NCBI GenBank assembly: GCA_045534635.1
Contig: JAZSKB010000039.1
Span: forward strand, 74,722 to 106,721
Source of the DNA: Bacteroidales bacterium
GTDB taxonomy: Bacteria; Bacteroidota; Bacteroidia; Bacteroidales; WCHB1-69
Direction of reading: 5' to 3'
Length of the DNA: 32,000 nt
The notes under the pieces were generated by a model that was given only the letters and a program-made list of their open reading frames with translations, ran no database searches and was not told the DNA's origin. This document shows, in pieces, positions 16,446 to 26,887 of the stretch; within the stretch, counting starts at the first letter, position 1, and each line of letters starts with the position of its first letter. The position numbers and the translations under genes are program-made.

Positions 16446-16769
16446 ATGAACTTAATAAATATCATTCTTTTTGCAAGTCCCAATGGACAACAAGCCACAA
16501 ACGGCGGTGGTTTTTCATTTTTCTTTTTCATCATTCTAATGATGTTAATTATGTGGCTTTTTATGATTCGTCCACAACAAAAAAAGAACAAAGAAGCACA
16601 AAAATTTAGAGATAGTTTAGAAAAAGGTACAAAAGTAATTACCATTGGTGGTTTACATGGAAAAATTTGTGATATTCAAGATGATACAGTTTGCCTCGAA
16701 ACCGAAGATGGAAGCAAAATAAGAGTAGAAAAAAATGCTATTGCTCAAAATGCAATAGAGAAAAAATAA
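16446..16769 (+). CDS. yajC: Preprotein translocase subunit YajC
   Basis: 107 aa. One TM helix, then MIRPQQKKNKEAQKFRDSLEKGTKVITIGGLHGKI, the canonical YajC core. Confidence 0.9.
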   Translation: MNLINIILFASPNGQQATNGGGFSFFFFIILMMLIMWLFMIRPQQKKNKEAQKFRDSLEKGTKVITIGGLHGKICDIQDDTVCLETEDGSKIRVEKNAIAQNAIEKK

Positions 16770-16775
16770 TTATAC

Positions 16776-17186
16776 ATGGCAAAATTGTCTTTGAATCGGT
16801 ATAGCCATTTGTTTATTTGTCTTATTATTGCCATTTTGGCATGGTTGGCTGTGCAAATGTCAGATACTCATAAACAAATTTATCCTTTTAAAATTCAATT
16901 TATTAATCTTCCTGAAGGAAAATATATTTCGTATCAATCAGATACAATTGTTGATATTACATTCAATGCCTCAGGAATCAAACTTTTACCAATTGAATTT
17001 AAACGGAAAATATTGAATATTGACCTAACGCAAATCGCTTACAAAAAAGATAATAAAAACAATATTTCTATCAATAAATCTGCTATTGTTGAATACATGA
17101 CACAACAAGGCTATCCTTCCGATGATATAGACATTGCAAATATAAAAAATATCACTATCAAATTAGAATCAATTCCTGTTGAATAG
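16776..17186 (+). CDS. Small membrane-anchored protein, YbbR-like by position and weak resemblance
   Basis: 136 aa with an N-terminal TM helix ([15 protein letters not shown]). It occupies the slot after yajC where Bacteroidota usually carry a YbbR-like domain protein. The assignment is by context only. Confidence 0.35.
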   Translation: MAKLSLNRYSHLFICLIIAILAWLAVQMSDTHKQIYPFKIQFINLPEGKYISYQSDTIVDITFNASGIKLLPIEFKRKILNIDLTQIAYKKDNKNNISINKSAIVEYMTQQGYPSDDIDIANIKNITIKLESIPVE

Positions 17187-17208
17187 ATTTTATAAACAAA
17201 CAAGAACA

Positions 17209-18426
17209 ATGGATAAAGAGTTTAAATTCAACACAATAGAAGAAGCCATAGAAGATTTTAAAGTTGGTAATTTTGTTATAGTTGTCGATGATGAAGACCG
17301 AGAAAACGAAGGAGATTTCATTATTGCCGCCGAAAAAATTACTGCAGAAAAAGTAAATTTTATGCTCCAATATGGTCGTGGGGTGTTATGCGTACCATTA
17401 ACAGAAGACCGTTGTAAAGCATTAGACTTAGAAATGCAAGTCAACAACAACACCTCTTTATTGGGAACTCCATTCACTGTCACCGTTGATTTATTAGATA
17501 ATAGTTGTACAACAGGAGTTTCTATGCACGATAGAGCCATGACAATCAAAGCATTGGCAAACCCAAATACTAAAGCTGAACATTTGGGACGTCCCGGACA
17601 TATCAATCCATTACGTGCAAAAAATGGTGGAGTATTAGTTCGTGCTGGTCATACCGAAGCCGCTATCGATTTAGCAAGAATAGCAGGAATGCAACCAGCA
17701 GCAGCCCTTATAGAAATTATCAATCCCGATGGTACTATGGCTCGACTTCCTCAACTGATAGAAGTAGCCAAAAAATACAATATGAAATTAATCTCTATTC
17801 AAGATTTAATTGCATATCGCGTTCGTAAAGAAACACTTATCCGTAGAGAAGAAGAAGTAAATTTACCAACTCGTTGGGGAAATTTTAAACTAATAGCCTA
17901 TACTCAACTCAATAATAACAATACTCATCTTGTACTCAAAAAAGGTGAATGGAATGATAATGAAGAAATTTTAGTACGAGTACATTCTTCTTGTGCTACT
18001 GGAGATATTCTTGGCTCTTGCAAATGCGACTGCGGAGACCAACTCCATAAAGCAATGGAAATGGTAAATCAAGAAGGTAAAGGTTTAATTTTATATATGA
18101 GTCAAGAAGGAAGAGGTATTGGACTTGTCAATAAATTGAAAGCATACCATTTGCAAGAATTAGGTCGAGATACCGTAGAAGCAAATATAGAATTAGGTTT
18201 TCGTGCCGATGAACGCGATTATGGTATCGGTGCCCAAATATTAAAAGATTTACATGCTACAAAAATTCGATTGCTTACCAATAACCCAACTAAACGAGCT
18301 GGATTGTTGGGTCATGGTATTGAAATTGTTCGTACTGAACCTATTATCATTCAACCTAATAAAGATAATATCAACTATCTAAAAACAAAACAATCGAAAA
18401 TGGGACATAATCTTCATTTAGATTAA
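17209..18426 (+). CDS. ribBA: Bifunctional 3,4-dihydroxy-2-butanone-4-phosphate synthase / GTP cyclohydrolase II
   Basis: RibB motifs are [10 protein letters not shown] and [10 protein letters not shown]. RibA motifs are the CxC zinc site [19 protein letters not shown] plus QEGRGIGL. The start was moved to the ATG at 17209 (MDKEFKF). The track start at 17179 is TTG and overlaps the previous gene. Confidence 0.92.
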   Translation: MDKEFKFNTIEEAIEDFKVGNFVIVVDDEDRENEGDFIIAAEKITAEKVNFMLQYGRGVLCVPLTEDRCKALDLEMQVNNNTSLLGTPFTVTVDLLDNSCTTGVSMHDRAMTIKALANPNTKAEHLGRPGHINPLRAKNGGVLVRAGHTEAAIDLARIAGMQPAAALIEIINPDGTMARLPQLIEVAKKYNMKLISIQDLIAYRVRKETLIRREEEVNLPTRWGNFKLIAYTQLNNNNTHLVLKKGEWNDNEEILVRVHSSCATGDILGSCKCDCGDQLHKAMEMVNQEGKGLILYMSQEGRGIGLVNKLKAYHLQELGRDTVEANIELGFRADERDYGIGAQILKDLHATKIRLLTNNPTKRAGLLGHGIEIVRTEPIIIQPNKDNINYLKTKQSKMGHNLHLD

Positions 18427-18430
18427 TTCT

Positions 18431-19084
18431 ATGGACGAAACATTCAATTTGATTGATACTGCAATACACGATTATTGCGAAAATCATACATCCAACGAAG
18501 ATGATGTTTTGTACGCTCTTTATCGAGAAACAAATCTTAAAACAATAAGACCAAGAATGCTATCTTGTAAAAATCAAGGTACATTTTTACAATTAATTAG
18601 TCGAATTGTTCGCCCTAAAAGAATTTTAGAATTAGGTACCTATACCGCATATTCTACTATTTGCCTTGCCAAAGGTTTGACCGATGATGGACTAATTTAC
18701 ACTATTGAAAAAGATATTGAATTAGAAGATATTATCAGAAAATATCTCCATTTATCAGGAATAAATAATAAAACAAAACTTATTTTCGGAAAAGCATTAG
18801 ATATTATTCCCTCTTTAAACGAAACTTGGGATTTGATTTTTATTGACGCTGATAAAGTAAATTATCTTAACTATTACAAAATGTTGCTTCCTAATCTTTC
18901 TAAAAATGGCATTATGCTGGTTGACAATGTATTATGGAGTGGAAAAGTAATACAACCTATCAAAGATAACGACAAAGATACTAAAGCGATTTTAGCATTC
19001 AATGACTTTGTACAAGCAGATGAAACCGTAAAAAATATGATACTTCCTTTTCGCGACGGAATTATGATGATAGAAAAACAATAA
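18431..19084 (+). CDS. Class I SAM-dependent O-methyltransferase (family 3, YrrM/TrmR-like)
   Basis: Motif I ILELGTYTAYST, FIDADKVNY and VDNVLWSG are characteristic of the caffeoyl-CoA O-methyltransferase-like family. Confidence 0.8.
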   Translation: MDETFNLIDTAIHDYCENHTSNEDDVLYALYRETNLKTIRPRMLSCKNQGTFLQLISRIVRPKRILELGTYTAYSTICLAKGLTDDGLIYTIEKDIELEDIIRKYLHLSGINNKTKLIFGKALDIIPSLNETWDLIFIDADKVNYLNYYKMLLPNLSKNGIMLVDNVLWSGKVIQPIKDNDKDTKAILAFNDFVQADETVKNMILPFRDGIMMIEKQ

Positions 19085-19094
19085 TAAATATCTA

Positions 19095-19595
19095 TTATTC
19101 TTGTTTTTTCAATGTATAATATTCTATCATCTTATTATCAAATACTTCTGCAAATTCATTACATAAAATCAACACGCCTTTCGTATATTTATAGAACATT
19201 TTTTGTCCAGAAGATGAAGAAAGTATCACTAAATCATTTTGAATAGAAATATTTCCTTCTTCAAATGTGGTAAATTCCCTTTCCAAATATATAATCCCCA
19301 AAACGAAATGTAACTAATTGTTTTTTAGGCAAAAAATATTTACTACTTGTACATTTCGTTTTATACCCCATAAATAGTTTGATGTTAATTTGTATGTATC
19401 ATTATTACACAATTCCAATTTGACTTCAATTCCCGGACAATCAGCACAAGGCATAATCCCCTCATATATTCCACACAAATCAATATGACTGCTATCTTCA
19501 ATTGAAACTTTATTGTCAATATTATCCGATAATGCCGAATTTGAAGAACAACCAATCAACAAAAAAAACAACGATAACAATACTATTAATTTCAT
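19095..19595 (-). pseudogene. NlpE N-terminal-domain lipoprotein gene interrupted by a single in-frame TAG
   Basis: Track ORFs 19314..19595 and 19095..19301 are in the same frame. They are separated only by TAG (19314..19316) plus four sense codons. The upstream part has a lipobox (LLIGC) and the NlpE_N signature GIYEGIMPCADCPGIEVKLEL. The downstream part looks like the C-terminal beta strands of the same domain. Confidence 0.6.
19300..19362. repeat. 63-bp palindromic segment: perfect 13-bp inverted repeats around a 37-bp spacer
   Basis: aaaacgaaatgta (19300..19312) is the exact reverse complement of tacatttcgtttt (19350..19362). The spacer contains the TAG that interrupts the NlpE-like gene. 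Confidence 0.85.
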
Positions 19596-19680
19596 ATCAC
19601 ATATTTTTATAAATTTTCAATACAACGTTAAAACAAAAATTTTAGTATTTTTATTTATAAAAATGAAATTCTTGAAAATA

Positions 19681-19712
19681 AAAAAACGGAAATTAAAAAA
19701 TTTCCGTTTTTT
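19681..19712. terminator. Bidirectional rho-independent terminator (serves rplQ on the minus strand)
   Basis: aaaaaa-cggaaatt-aaaa-aatttccg-tttttt: an 8-bp perfect stem with a 4-nt loop, flanked by an A-run and a T-run. It lies 32 nt downstream of the rplQ stop. Confidence 0.8.
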
Positions 19713-19743
19713 ATTTAAATTTCTACAATAAAAGAATATATTA

Positions 19744-20274
19744 CTATTCTTCTTTTTGAGCTTCGTCTGTTGCAGGAGCTTCAACTTCTGCTACAGGTTC
19801 TACATTTTCTGCAACTGTTTCTTGTACAGGAGTTTCAACTACTTCTGCTTTTTTCTTACCACCTCTACGAGTTGATTTGGCTTTCTTTTTACCACCTTTA
19901 TTTTGTGTGTAATTTTCGTTATAATCAACTAATTCAATGATACACATTTCAGCAGCATCTCCAATACGATACCCTGTACGTAAAATACGAGTATAACCAC
20001 CAGGACGATTGGCTACCTTTTGAGATATTTCTCTAAATAATTCGGTCACAGCCTCTTTATTTTGAAGATAACTAAACACAACTCTACGAGAGTTAGTGGT
20101 ATCGTCTTTTGATTTTGTAATAAGTGGTTCAATATATTTACGCAAGGATTTAGCCTTAGCTACTGTTGTTGTAATTCTTTTATGAAGAATTAGTGAAGTA
20201 GCCATGTTTGACATCATCGCTTTACGATGTGCACTTGTCCTTCCTAAATGATTAACTTTTTTCCCGTGTCTCAT
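19744..20274 (-). CDS. rplQ: 50S ribosomal protein L17 (bL17) with a long K/E/V/A-rich C-terminal tail
   Basis: [37 protein letters not shown] is the canonical L17 N-terminus. It follows rpoA. Confidence 0.95.
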   Translation of the reverse strand: MRHGKKVNHLGRTSAHRKAMMSNMATSLILHKRITTTVAKAKSLRKYIEPLITKSKDDTTNSRRVVFSYLQNKEAVTELFREISQKVANRPGGYTRILRTGYRIGDAAEMCIIELVDYNENYTQNKGGKKKAKSTRRGGKKKAEVVETPVQETVAENVEPVAEVEAPATDEAQKEE

Positions 20275-20278
20275 ATTT

Positions 20279-21271
20279 TTACCTTTCTATATCCAATTTA
20301 TATTTTGAAATATTCATTCCGAAATCTAATCCTTTAGATTTCACCAATTCTTCTAATTCGTTTAACGATTTTTTACCAAAATTTCTAAATTTAAGCAAAT
20401 CTGCTTTTTGGAACGCAACTAATTCTCCAAGTGTTTCTACTTCTGCTGCTTTCAAGCAATTCAATGCTCTTACAGATAAATCCATCTCCGATAATTTAGA
20501 TTTCAACAATTGGCGAATGTGTAATGAGGCTTCATCAAATTCATTTGCCAATGCAACTTCCTCACTTGAAGATGATATTTTTTCATCAGAAAATAAAATA
20601 AAATGTTGAATCAATACATTTGCTGCTTTTTTCAATGCTTCTTTTGGATGAACAGAACCATCAGTAGTAATTTCAAAAACCAATTTTTCAAAATCAGTTT
20701 TTTGTTCTACTCGAAATGGTTCAACTCTATACATCACATTTTTTATTGGAGAATGAATAGAATCAATTACTATAACTCCAGGAGCTTCATGAAGCAATTT
20801 GTTTTCTTCTATAGTAACATATCCACGACCCTTATCAATAGTAAGTTCTATGTCTAATTTTACATTAGGTTCCATTGAACAAATATGAAGGTCGCTATTA
20901 AGCACTTGAAAATTATTTAAAAATTTATTAATATCGCCTGCTACAAACTCATCTTGACCTGTGATAGTAATACGAACTTTTTCATTTGTTTGGTCATCGA
21001 TTTTGCTCTTCAAACGAATTTGTTTTATATTAAGAACAATATCGGTAACATCTTCTATCACACCTGGTATTGTGGCGAATTCATGTGCAACACCATCTAT
21101 TTTTAATGATGTTATTGCAAATCCTTCTAATGATGAAAGCAACACCCTTCGCAGAGCATTTCCTATTGTTTGTCCATAACATGGCTCAAGAGGACGAAAT
21201 TCAAAGACACCAAAGGAATCTGTCGATTCTATCATTAGTACTTTATCCGGTTTTTGAAAGGGTATAACCAT
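20279..21271 (-). CDS. rpoA: DNA-directed RNA polymerase subunit alpha
   Basis: 330 aa. The N-terminal domain has [11 protein letters not shown] and the C-terminal domain has [21 protein letters not shown]. Confidence 0.95.
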   Translation of the reverse strand: MVIPFQKPDKVLMIESTDSFGVFEFRPLEPCYGQTIGNALRRVLLSSLEGFAITSLKIDGVAHEFATIPGVIEDVTDIVLNIKQIRLKSKIDDQTNEKVRITITGQDEFVAGDINKFLNNFQVLNSDLHICSMEPNVKLDIELTIDKGRGYVTIEENKLLHEAPGVIVIDSIHSPIKNVMYRVEPFRVEQKTDFEKLVFEITTDGSVHPKEALKKAANVLIQHFILFSDEKISSSSEEVALANEFDEASLHIRQLLKSKLSEMDLSVRALNCLKAAEVETLGELVAFQKADLLKFRNFGKKSLNELEELVKSKGLDFGMNISKYKLDIER

Positions 21272-21328
21272 TATTTTATTATTTAATTGTTATTAACTAT
21301 TTTACTTTTATCTATTATTCGTCAATTA

Positions 21329-21931
21329 TTACTTAGAGTACAATTCAACGATTAATTGTTCTTTAATGTTTTCAGGAATTTCTTCTCTTTCTGGATATTG
21401 CATAAATTTTCCTGACATTGAATTAGCATCCCATTCCAACCATGCATAAGCACTTGCATTGCGATGACTCAAAGAATCAACAATAACTTCACATGCTTTT
21501 GAACGTTCTCTTACTCCTACAACATCTCCTGGTTTTAGAGAATACGATGGTATATTTATAATATTTCCATTTACAAGTATGTGTCTATGTGATACTAATT
21601 GTCTTGCTGCTGCACGTGTAGGAGCAATTCCCAAACGATAAACAACGTTATCTAAACGTGACTCTATCATTTGAAGCAATATTTCACCTGTGATACCTTT
21701 TTTAGCAGAAGCCTTGTGGAAAATATTTTTAAATTGACGTTCTAAAATACCATAAGTATATTTTGCTTTTTGTTTTTGTTTCAATTGCTCTCCATATTCT
21801 GATAATTTTCCAGAACGTTTGCGAGCACCTTGTGCTCCTCTTCTTTCTTTACTTAAATTTTTATCAGGACCATAGATAGGGTCGTTGAATTTTCTTGCTA
21901 TTTTAGTTTTTGGACCAATATATCTTGCCAT
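21329..21931 (-). CDS. rpsD: 30S ribosomal protein S4 (uS4)
   Basis: [16 protein letters not shown]-terminus and an S4 RNA-binding domain. Confidence 0.95.
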   Translation of the reverse strand: MARYIGPKTKIARKFNDPIYGPDKNLSKERRGAQGARKRSGKLSEYGEQLKQKQKAKYTYGILERQFKNIFHKASAKKGITGEILLQMIESRLDNVVYRLGIAPTRAAARQLVSHRHILVNGNIINIPSYSLKPGDVVGVRERSKACEVIVDSLSHRNASAYAWLEWDANSMSGKFMQYPEREEIPENIKEQLIVELYSK

Positions 21932-21964
21932 ATCTTAATTTACTTTAACTGTTAACAAATACCC

Positions 21965-22354
21965 TTATACTCTTCTTCTCTTTGGAGGTCTACATCCATT
22001 ATGAGGAAGTGGTGTTACGTCTATTATTTCTGTAACTTCAATACCTGCTGCATTGATAGTTCTAATTGCAGATTCTCTTCCACCACCAGGACCTTTAACA
22101 TAAACCTTCACTCTACGCAAACCCAAATCATAAGCAACTTTTGATGCGTCTTGTGCTGCCATTTGTGCTGCGTATGGAGTATTCTTTTTAGAACCTCTAA
22201 AACCCATTTTTCCAGCAGACGACCATGAAATGGCTTGTCCCATATTGTTTGTCAAAGTAATGATAACATTGTTGAACGAAGCTTGAATATAAGCCTTACC
22301 AACCGCGTCCACTTTTACAACTCTTTTCTTTGTAACTTTTGTCGATTTTGCCAT
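21965..22354 (-). CDS. rpsK: 30S ribosomal protein S11 (uS11)
   Basis: Contains [30 protein letters not shown] and ends with [13 protein letters not shown]. Confidence 0.95.
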   Translation of the reverse strand: MAKSTKVTKKRVVKVDAVGKAYIQASFNNVIITLTNNMGQAISWSSAGKMGFRGSKKNTPYAAQMAAQDASKVAYDLGLRRVKVYVKGPGGGRESAIRTINAAGIEVTEIIDVTPLPHNGCRPPKRRRV

Positions 22355-22381
22355 AAATCTTTTCTAATTTTTAATTCTTAA

Positions 22382-22756
22382 TTATTTCGTTGCTTTCTTT
22401 TTGTTGGCAACAACTTTCTTACGTCCTTTACGTGTACGCGCATTGTTTTTCGTAGATTGTCCACGAAGAGGTAATCCAATACGATGACGGATGCCACGAT
22501 AACAACCAATATCCATTAAACGTTTGATATTCATCTGAACTTCAGAACGAAGAGCTCCTTCTATCTTCATGTCCGCGATGATTCCACGAATGGCACTGAG
22601 TTCATCATCATTCCAATCTTGTACTTTCTTATCAACAGATACATTGGCTTGTGCTAATATCTTCTCAGACGTTGAGCGACCAATGCCGTAAATGTAAGTT
22701 AAACCTATTACTCCTCTTTTGTTGTTTGGTAAATCAATACCAGCAATTCTTGCCAT
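22382..22756 (-). CDS. rpsM: 30S ribosomal protein S13 (uS13)
   Basis: [15 protein letters not shown]-terminus, with [18 protein letters not shown]. Confidence 0.95.
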   Translation of the reverse strand: MARIAGIDLPNNKRGVIGLTYIYGIGRSTSEKILAQANVSVDKKVQDWNDDELSAIRGIIADMKIEGALRSEVQMNIKRLMDIGCYRGIRHRIGLPLRGQSTKNNARTRKGRKKVVANKKKATK

Positions 22757-22792
22757 ATAATCTTACTCTTTTTACGTTATTTTATCTATTTA

Positions 22793-22909
22793 TTATCCTT
22801 GTCTTTGTTTGAATTTAGGATTCTTCTTGTTTATAACATAAACAACTCCTTTGCGACGAACTATCTTACAATCGTCAGATCTTTTCTTAACTGATGTTCT
22901 TACTTTCAT
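22793..22909 (-). CDS. rpmJ: 50S ribosomal protein L36 (bL36)
   Basis: Hand translation gives [38 protein letters not shown] (38 aa). It is below the ORF-track size cut-off and sits in the expected slot between infA and rpsM. Confidence 0.9.
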   Translation of the reverse strand: MKVRTSVKKRSDDCKIVRRKGVVYVINKKNPKFKQRQG

Positions 22910-22918
22910 TTTGTATCT

Positions 22919-23140
22919 TTAATTTTTATATCTAAATATAATTCTTGCTTTTGTCAAATCATACATCGACATTTCCATTTTAACTTTATCTCCTGGCAAT
23001 ATTTTTATATAGTGCATTCTCATTTTTCCTGACACATGAGCCGTTACTATATGACCATTCTCAAGTTCTACTCGAAACATTGCGTTTCCAAGAGATTCTT
23101 TTACTATTCCATCTTGTTCTATAGCTTCTTGTTTAGCCAT
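22919..23140 (-). CDS. infA: Translation initiation factor IF-1
   Basis: 73 aa with an S1-like fold: [43 protein letters not shown]. Confidence 0.95.
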   Translation of the reverse strand: MAKQEAIEQDGIVKESLGNAMFRVELENGHIVTAHVSGKMRMHYIKILPGDKVKMEMSMYDLTKARIIFRYKN

Positions 23141-23144
23141 TTAA

Positions 23145-23918
23145 TTACTTATTAATTATTTCTTCTACATATTGATATGTTGATAACACCTCAGTTCCTC
23201 CATCACGGATTGCAACCATGTGTTCATAATGTGCCGATGGCAATCTATCTGCTGTTCGCACTGTCCAACCATCTCTATCTACTTGAATATTCCTTACTCC
23301 TAAATTTATCATCGGCTCTATACAAATTACCATACCTTTTTTCAATTTAGGACCTTTGCCTTTTGTTCCATAATTTGGAACTTCTGGACTTTCATGTAAG
23401 TTACGACCAATACCATGACCTATCATTTCTCTTACAACAGAATATCCAAAACTTTCCACATAACTTTGAATTGCGTAACCAATATCGCCTATTCTATTTC
23501 CTTCTACGGCTTGTTCTATGCCATTGTACAACGATTGTTTTGTTTTTTCGCACAAATTACGGATTTCTTCTGCAACATGTCCAACACAAAATGTATAGGC
23601 ATAATCTGCATGAAAACCATTCTTTTTTGCTCCACAATCCACTGAAACAATATCTCCTTCTTTTAATTCATATTGTCCTGGTATTCCATGAACAACAACA
23701 TCATTAACAGAGATACACAATGTAGCAGGATAACCATTATAATTTTTAAAACTTGGCACTGCTCCATTGTCTCGTATAAATGTTTCAGCAACACTATCCA
23801 ATGTTGTGCATCTTATTCCTGGTCGAATAAGTTTCGCAACCTCTCCGAGGGTTTTACCAACTATCAAAGAACTTTCTTTTATAATCTCTATTTCTCTTTC
23901 AGTCTTCAGATGTATCAT
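23145..23918 (-). CDS. map: Type I methionine aminopeptidase
   Basis: Has the metal ligand blocks VHGIP, DIVSVD, HGIGR, IEPM and EH. Length 257 aa. Confidence 0.93.
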   Translation of the reverse strand: MIHLKTEREIEIIKESSLIVGKTLGEVAKLIRPGIRCTTLDSVAETFIRDNGAVPSFKNYNGYPATLCISVNDVVVHGIPGQYELKEGDIVSVDCGAKKNGFHADYAYTFCVGHVAEEIRNLCEKTKQSLYNGIEQAVEGNRIGDIGYAIQSYVESFGYSVVREMIGHGIGRNLHESPEVPNYGTKGKGPKLKKGMVICIEPMINLGVRNIQVDRDGWTVRTADRLPSAHYEHMVAIRDGGTEVLSTYQYVEEIINK

Positions 23919-23930
23919 CTACCAAACGTC

Positions 23931-25301
23931 CTATTGAATATTACGTCCTTTTATACGACCTGATTTTGTTAATCCATCGTAATGATGCATCAACAAATGA
24001 CTTTCTATTTGTTGTAAGGTATCTAAAATTACACCTACCATAATCAATAGAGAAGTTCCTCCAAAGAATTGAGCAAATTGTGAATTGATACCCAACAAAC
24101 GAGCAAATGCAGGCATTATAGCAACAAATGCTAAAAATATAGAACCTGGCAATGTTATTTTTGAAATAATATTGTCTATAAATTCTACTGTTTTTTTACC
24201 AGGTTTAACCCCAGGAATAAAACCTCCATTTTTCTTCATATCTTCTGCTATTTGCGTTGGATTAAAAGTAATAGCAGTATAGAAATATGTAAATAATATA
24301 ATTAGTACTGCAAAAATCAAGTTATACCAAAAACCATTATAGTTTGTCAACGCTGTGGTAAATGCTCCCATTGATTCAGCACTTGATGAAAATCCAATAA
24401 TAGTTAATGGTAAAAACATAATCGCTTGTGCAAAAATTATTGGCATAACTCCAGCAGCATTTACTTTTAATGGCAAATATTGTCTTTGACCTCCATATTG
24501 TTTGTTACCTATAATACGTTTTGCATATTGTACAGGAACTTTTCTTGTACCTTGAACCAACAATATCGTAATTAATATTACAAACACTAAAAGTAAAATT
24601 TCTATCAAGAAAACTACCAATCCACCATTTGTTTCTGCTACTCTTGATATAAATTCTGCAGACAATGCAAAAGGTAAGCGAGCAATAATACCTACCATAA
24701 TGATGAGAGAAATACCATTACCTATTCCTTTTTCAGTAATACGTTCTCCCAACCACATAATGAATAATGTACTAGAAACTAATACTATCAAAGATGTGAA
24801 TATAAACGAAAATGGTAATTGTCCTGTAATTACTTCTCCTGAAATAGTATGAAATACACCCGAAGAGGTTCCGACAGTACGTACCATATTAGAAAGATAT
24901 GCTGGTGCTTGCAATGCTGTTACTGCAATAGTCAAAAGTCGCGTCATTTGCGTAATTTTTTTTCTTCCACTTTCTCCTTCTCGTTGTAAACGTTGGAAAT
25001 AAGGGACTACCAAAGTCAATAACTGTACCACAATTGATGCAGAAATATAAGGCATAATACCTAATGCAAAAATTGAGGCATTTGAGAAAGCACCACCAGA
25101 GAACATATCCAACAATCCTAACAACCCTTCACGAGAACTAGAAGTGAATGCAGTTGCTGAAAGTGCATGTACATCTATACCAGGTAGAGCAATGTACGAA
25201 CCGATACGATAAATTAATATTATACCTAATGTATAGAGAATGCGTTTACGCAAGTCCTCTATATGATAAATGTTCTTTAATGTGGCTATAAATCTTCTCA
25301 T
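23931..25301 (-). CDS. secY: Preprotein translocase subunit SecY
   Basis: 456 aa polytopic membrane protein with the SecY signatures (FALGIMPYISASIVVQLL, GISLII). Confidence 0.95.
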   Translation of the reverse strand: MRRFIATLKNIYHIEDLRKRILYTLGIILIYRIGSYIALPGIDVHALSATAFTSSSREGLLGLLDMFSGGAFSNASIFALGIMPYISASIVVQLLTLVVPYFQRLQREGESGRKKITQMTRLLTIAVTALQAPAYLSNMVRTVGTSSGVFHTISGEVITGQLPFSFIFTSLIVLVSSTLFIMWLGERITEKGIGNGISLIIMVGIIARLPFALSAEFISRVAETNGGLVVFLIEILLLVFVILITILLVQGTRKVPVQYAKRIIGNKQYGGQRQYLPLKVNAAGVMPIIFAQAIMFLPLTIIGFSSSAESMGAFTTALTNYNGFWYNLIFAVLIILFTYFYTAITFNPTQIAEDMKKNGGFIPGVKPGKKTVEFIDNIISKITLPGSIFLAFVAIMPAFARLLGINSQFAQFFGGTSLLIMVGVILDTLQQIESHLLMHHYDGLTKSGRIKGRNIQ

Positions 25302-25303
25302 TT

Positions 25304-25750
25304 TTACAATTTTGTTGCTATACCCCCTTGGGCTTCAATTAACTGAATCGCTTTGGCAGAAAATGCATGAGCTTTAACTTCTAATTTAGATTTTAATTCT
25401 CCTTTTGCTAATATTTTCACCAAATCTTTTTTACCTATTAAACCATTTGCTCTTAAAACATCAATATCTACAACATTCACACCTTTGTTTTCAGCCAAAT
25501 ATTGTAAAGTTGAAAGATTTACACTAGTGTATTCTTTTCTATTGATATTTCTAAAACCGAATTTAGGCACTCGTCTGTACAATGGCATTTGACCACCTTC
25601 AAAACCAGATTTACGAGAGTAACCCGAACGCGATTGAGCTCCTTTATGTCCTCTTGTAGAGGTTCCTCCTTTACCAGATCCTTCTCCTCTACCTATTCTT
25701 TTTTCAGCTTTTACTGCTCCATCGGCAGGTTTTAAACTATTTAAATTCAT
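25304..25750 (-). CDS. rplO: 50S ribosomal protein L15 (uL15)
   Basis: Contains GRGEGSGKGGTSTRGHKGAQSRSG. It sits in the expected operon position. Confidence 0.95.
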   Translation of the reverse strand: MNLNSLKPADGAVKAEKRIGRGEGSGKGGTSTRGHKGAQSRSGYSRKSGFEGGQMPLYRRVPKFGFRNINRKEYTSVNLSTLQYLAENKGVNVVDIDVLRANGLIGKKDLVKILAKGELKSKLEVKAHAFSAKAIQLIEAQGGIATKL

Positions 25751-25776
25751 CTTTCTACGTTTTTCCTAATTTTGTA

Positions 25777-25959
25777 CTAAACTTCTTCTACTTTCAATAA
25801 ATGTTTTACCGTTTCTATCATTCCTAAAACTTGTGGTGTTGCCACAACTTCTATAGGACGATTCAACTTATGAATACCTAGTGCTTCTATGGTTCTTTTT
25901 TGCACTTTTGACCTGTCTATTTGACTTTTTACTTGTGTTATTCTTAACTTTTTGTCCAT
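25777..25959 (-). CDS. rpmD: 50S ribosomal protein L30 (uL30)
   Basis: 60 aa, with LRITQVKSQIDRSKVQKRTIEALGI. Confidence 0.9.
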   Translation of the reverse strand: MDKKLRITQVKSQIDRSKVQKRTIEALGIHKLNRPIEVVATPQVLGMIETVKHLLKVEEV

Positions 25960-25975
25960 CTTTTATCCCTTTCTA

Positions 25976-26485
25976 TTAACCATTGAACACTGTATTCAAA
26001 TCTACACCACGCAATTGTGCTACCATATAAGGGTCTTTCATTTTTGACAAAGCGTTGAATGTGGCTTTTACCACACTATGTGGGTTGGAAGAACCTTTTG
26101 ATTTTGCCAACACATTTTTAACTCCAACACTTTCTAAAACAGCACGCATCGCACCACCGGCTATAACTCCAGTACCAGGAGTTGCTGGTTTCAAGAATAC
26201 CAACGAACCACTATAACGACCTTCTTGTGCATGTGGTATTGTTCCTTTTAAAACAGGTACACGAATCAAATTTTTCTTCGCATCTTCTGTTCCTTTTTGA
26301 ATAGCCGCTGTTACTTCTTTGGCTTTTCCCAATCCATAACCAACAACACCATCTTCATTACCTATAACCACGATGGCTGAAAAACTAAAAGTTCTACCAC
26401 CTTTGGTAACTTTAGTAACACGTCCTACGTGAACTAATTTTTCCTTGAATTCTATCTCACTTGCTTTTATTCTCTTATCTGACAT
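25976..26485 (-). CDS. rpsE: 30S ribosomal protein S5 (uS5)
   Basis: Contains [34 protein letters not shown]. Confidence 0.95.
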   Translation of the reverse strand: MSDKRIKASEIEFKEKLVHVGRVTKVTKGGRTFSFSAIVVIGNEDGVVGYGLGKAKEVTAAIQKGTEDAKKNLIRVPVLKGTIPHAQEGRYSGSLVFLKPATPGTGVIAGGAMRAVLESVGVKNVLAKSKGSSNPHSVVKATFNALSKMKDPYMVAQLRGVDLNTVFNG

Positions 26486-26494
26486 AATCCACTT

Positions 26495-26854
26495 TTAGAA
26501 TTTTAAACCACCTTCTCTGGCTGCTTCTGCCAAAGATTTTACTCTTCCATGATACAAATATCCATTTCTATCGAATACAACAGTTGTTATACCTGCTGCC
26601 AATGCACGATTTGCCAATTCTTGACCAACCAATTTGGCTTGCTCTATCTTCGTTATTTTTTGAGCATTAATTGCTCCCATTGAAGATGCTGAAGCTACAG
26701 TTACACCTAAATCATCATTAATGATTTGAGCATATATTTGTTCATTGCTTCTGAACACTGACAAACGTGGACGTTCAGCAGTACCATGCATATTCTTTCT
26801 AATTCTATGTTTTATTCTTTCCCTTCTAAATGCTTTACGATTTTTTGTTCCCAT
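26495..26854 (-). CDS. rplR: 50S ribosomal protein L18 (uL18)
   Basis: Contains [46 protein letters not shown]. Confidence 0.95.
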   Translation of the reverse strand: MGTKNRKAFRRERIKHRIRKNMHGTAERPRLSVFRSNEQIYAQIINDDLGVTVASASSMGAINAQKITKIEQAKLVGQELANRALAAGITTVVFDRNGYLYHGRVKSLAEAAREGGLKF

Positions 26855-26887
26855 TCTTTACAGATTTTTTATGTTAACAATCTAATC

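Noticed and set aside
15965-16470. DUF1573 protein and YajC both start MNLIN with similar nucleotide context (aatgaacttgataaata / aatgaacttaataaata)
   Set aside because: The match is about 17 nt of AT-rich sequence and the similarity stops immediately afterwards. It is most likely coincidence.
17100-17208. FMN riboswitch (RFN element) expected upstream of ribBA
   Set aside because: Only 22 nt separate the preceding stop from the ribBA ATG, and the preceding sequence is coding. No RFN-like conserved core was seen.
19744-19900. Long K/E/V/A/P-rich C-terminal extension of L17, and the R/G-rich tail of S3 at 30377..30450
   Set aside because: Low-complexity tails on these ribosomal proteins are common in Bacteroidota, and there is no sign of fusion or frameshift.
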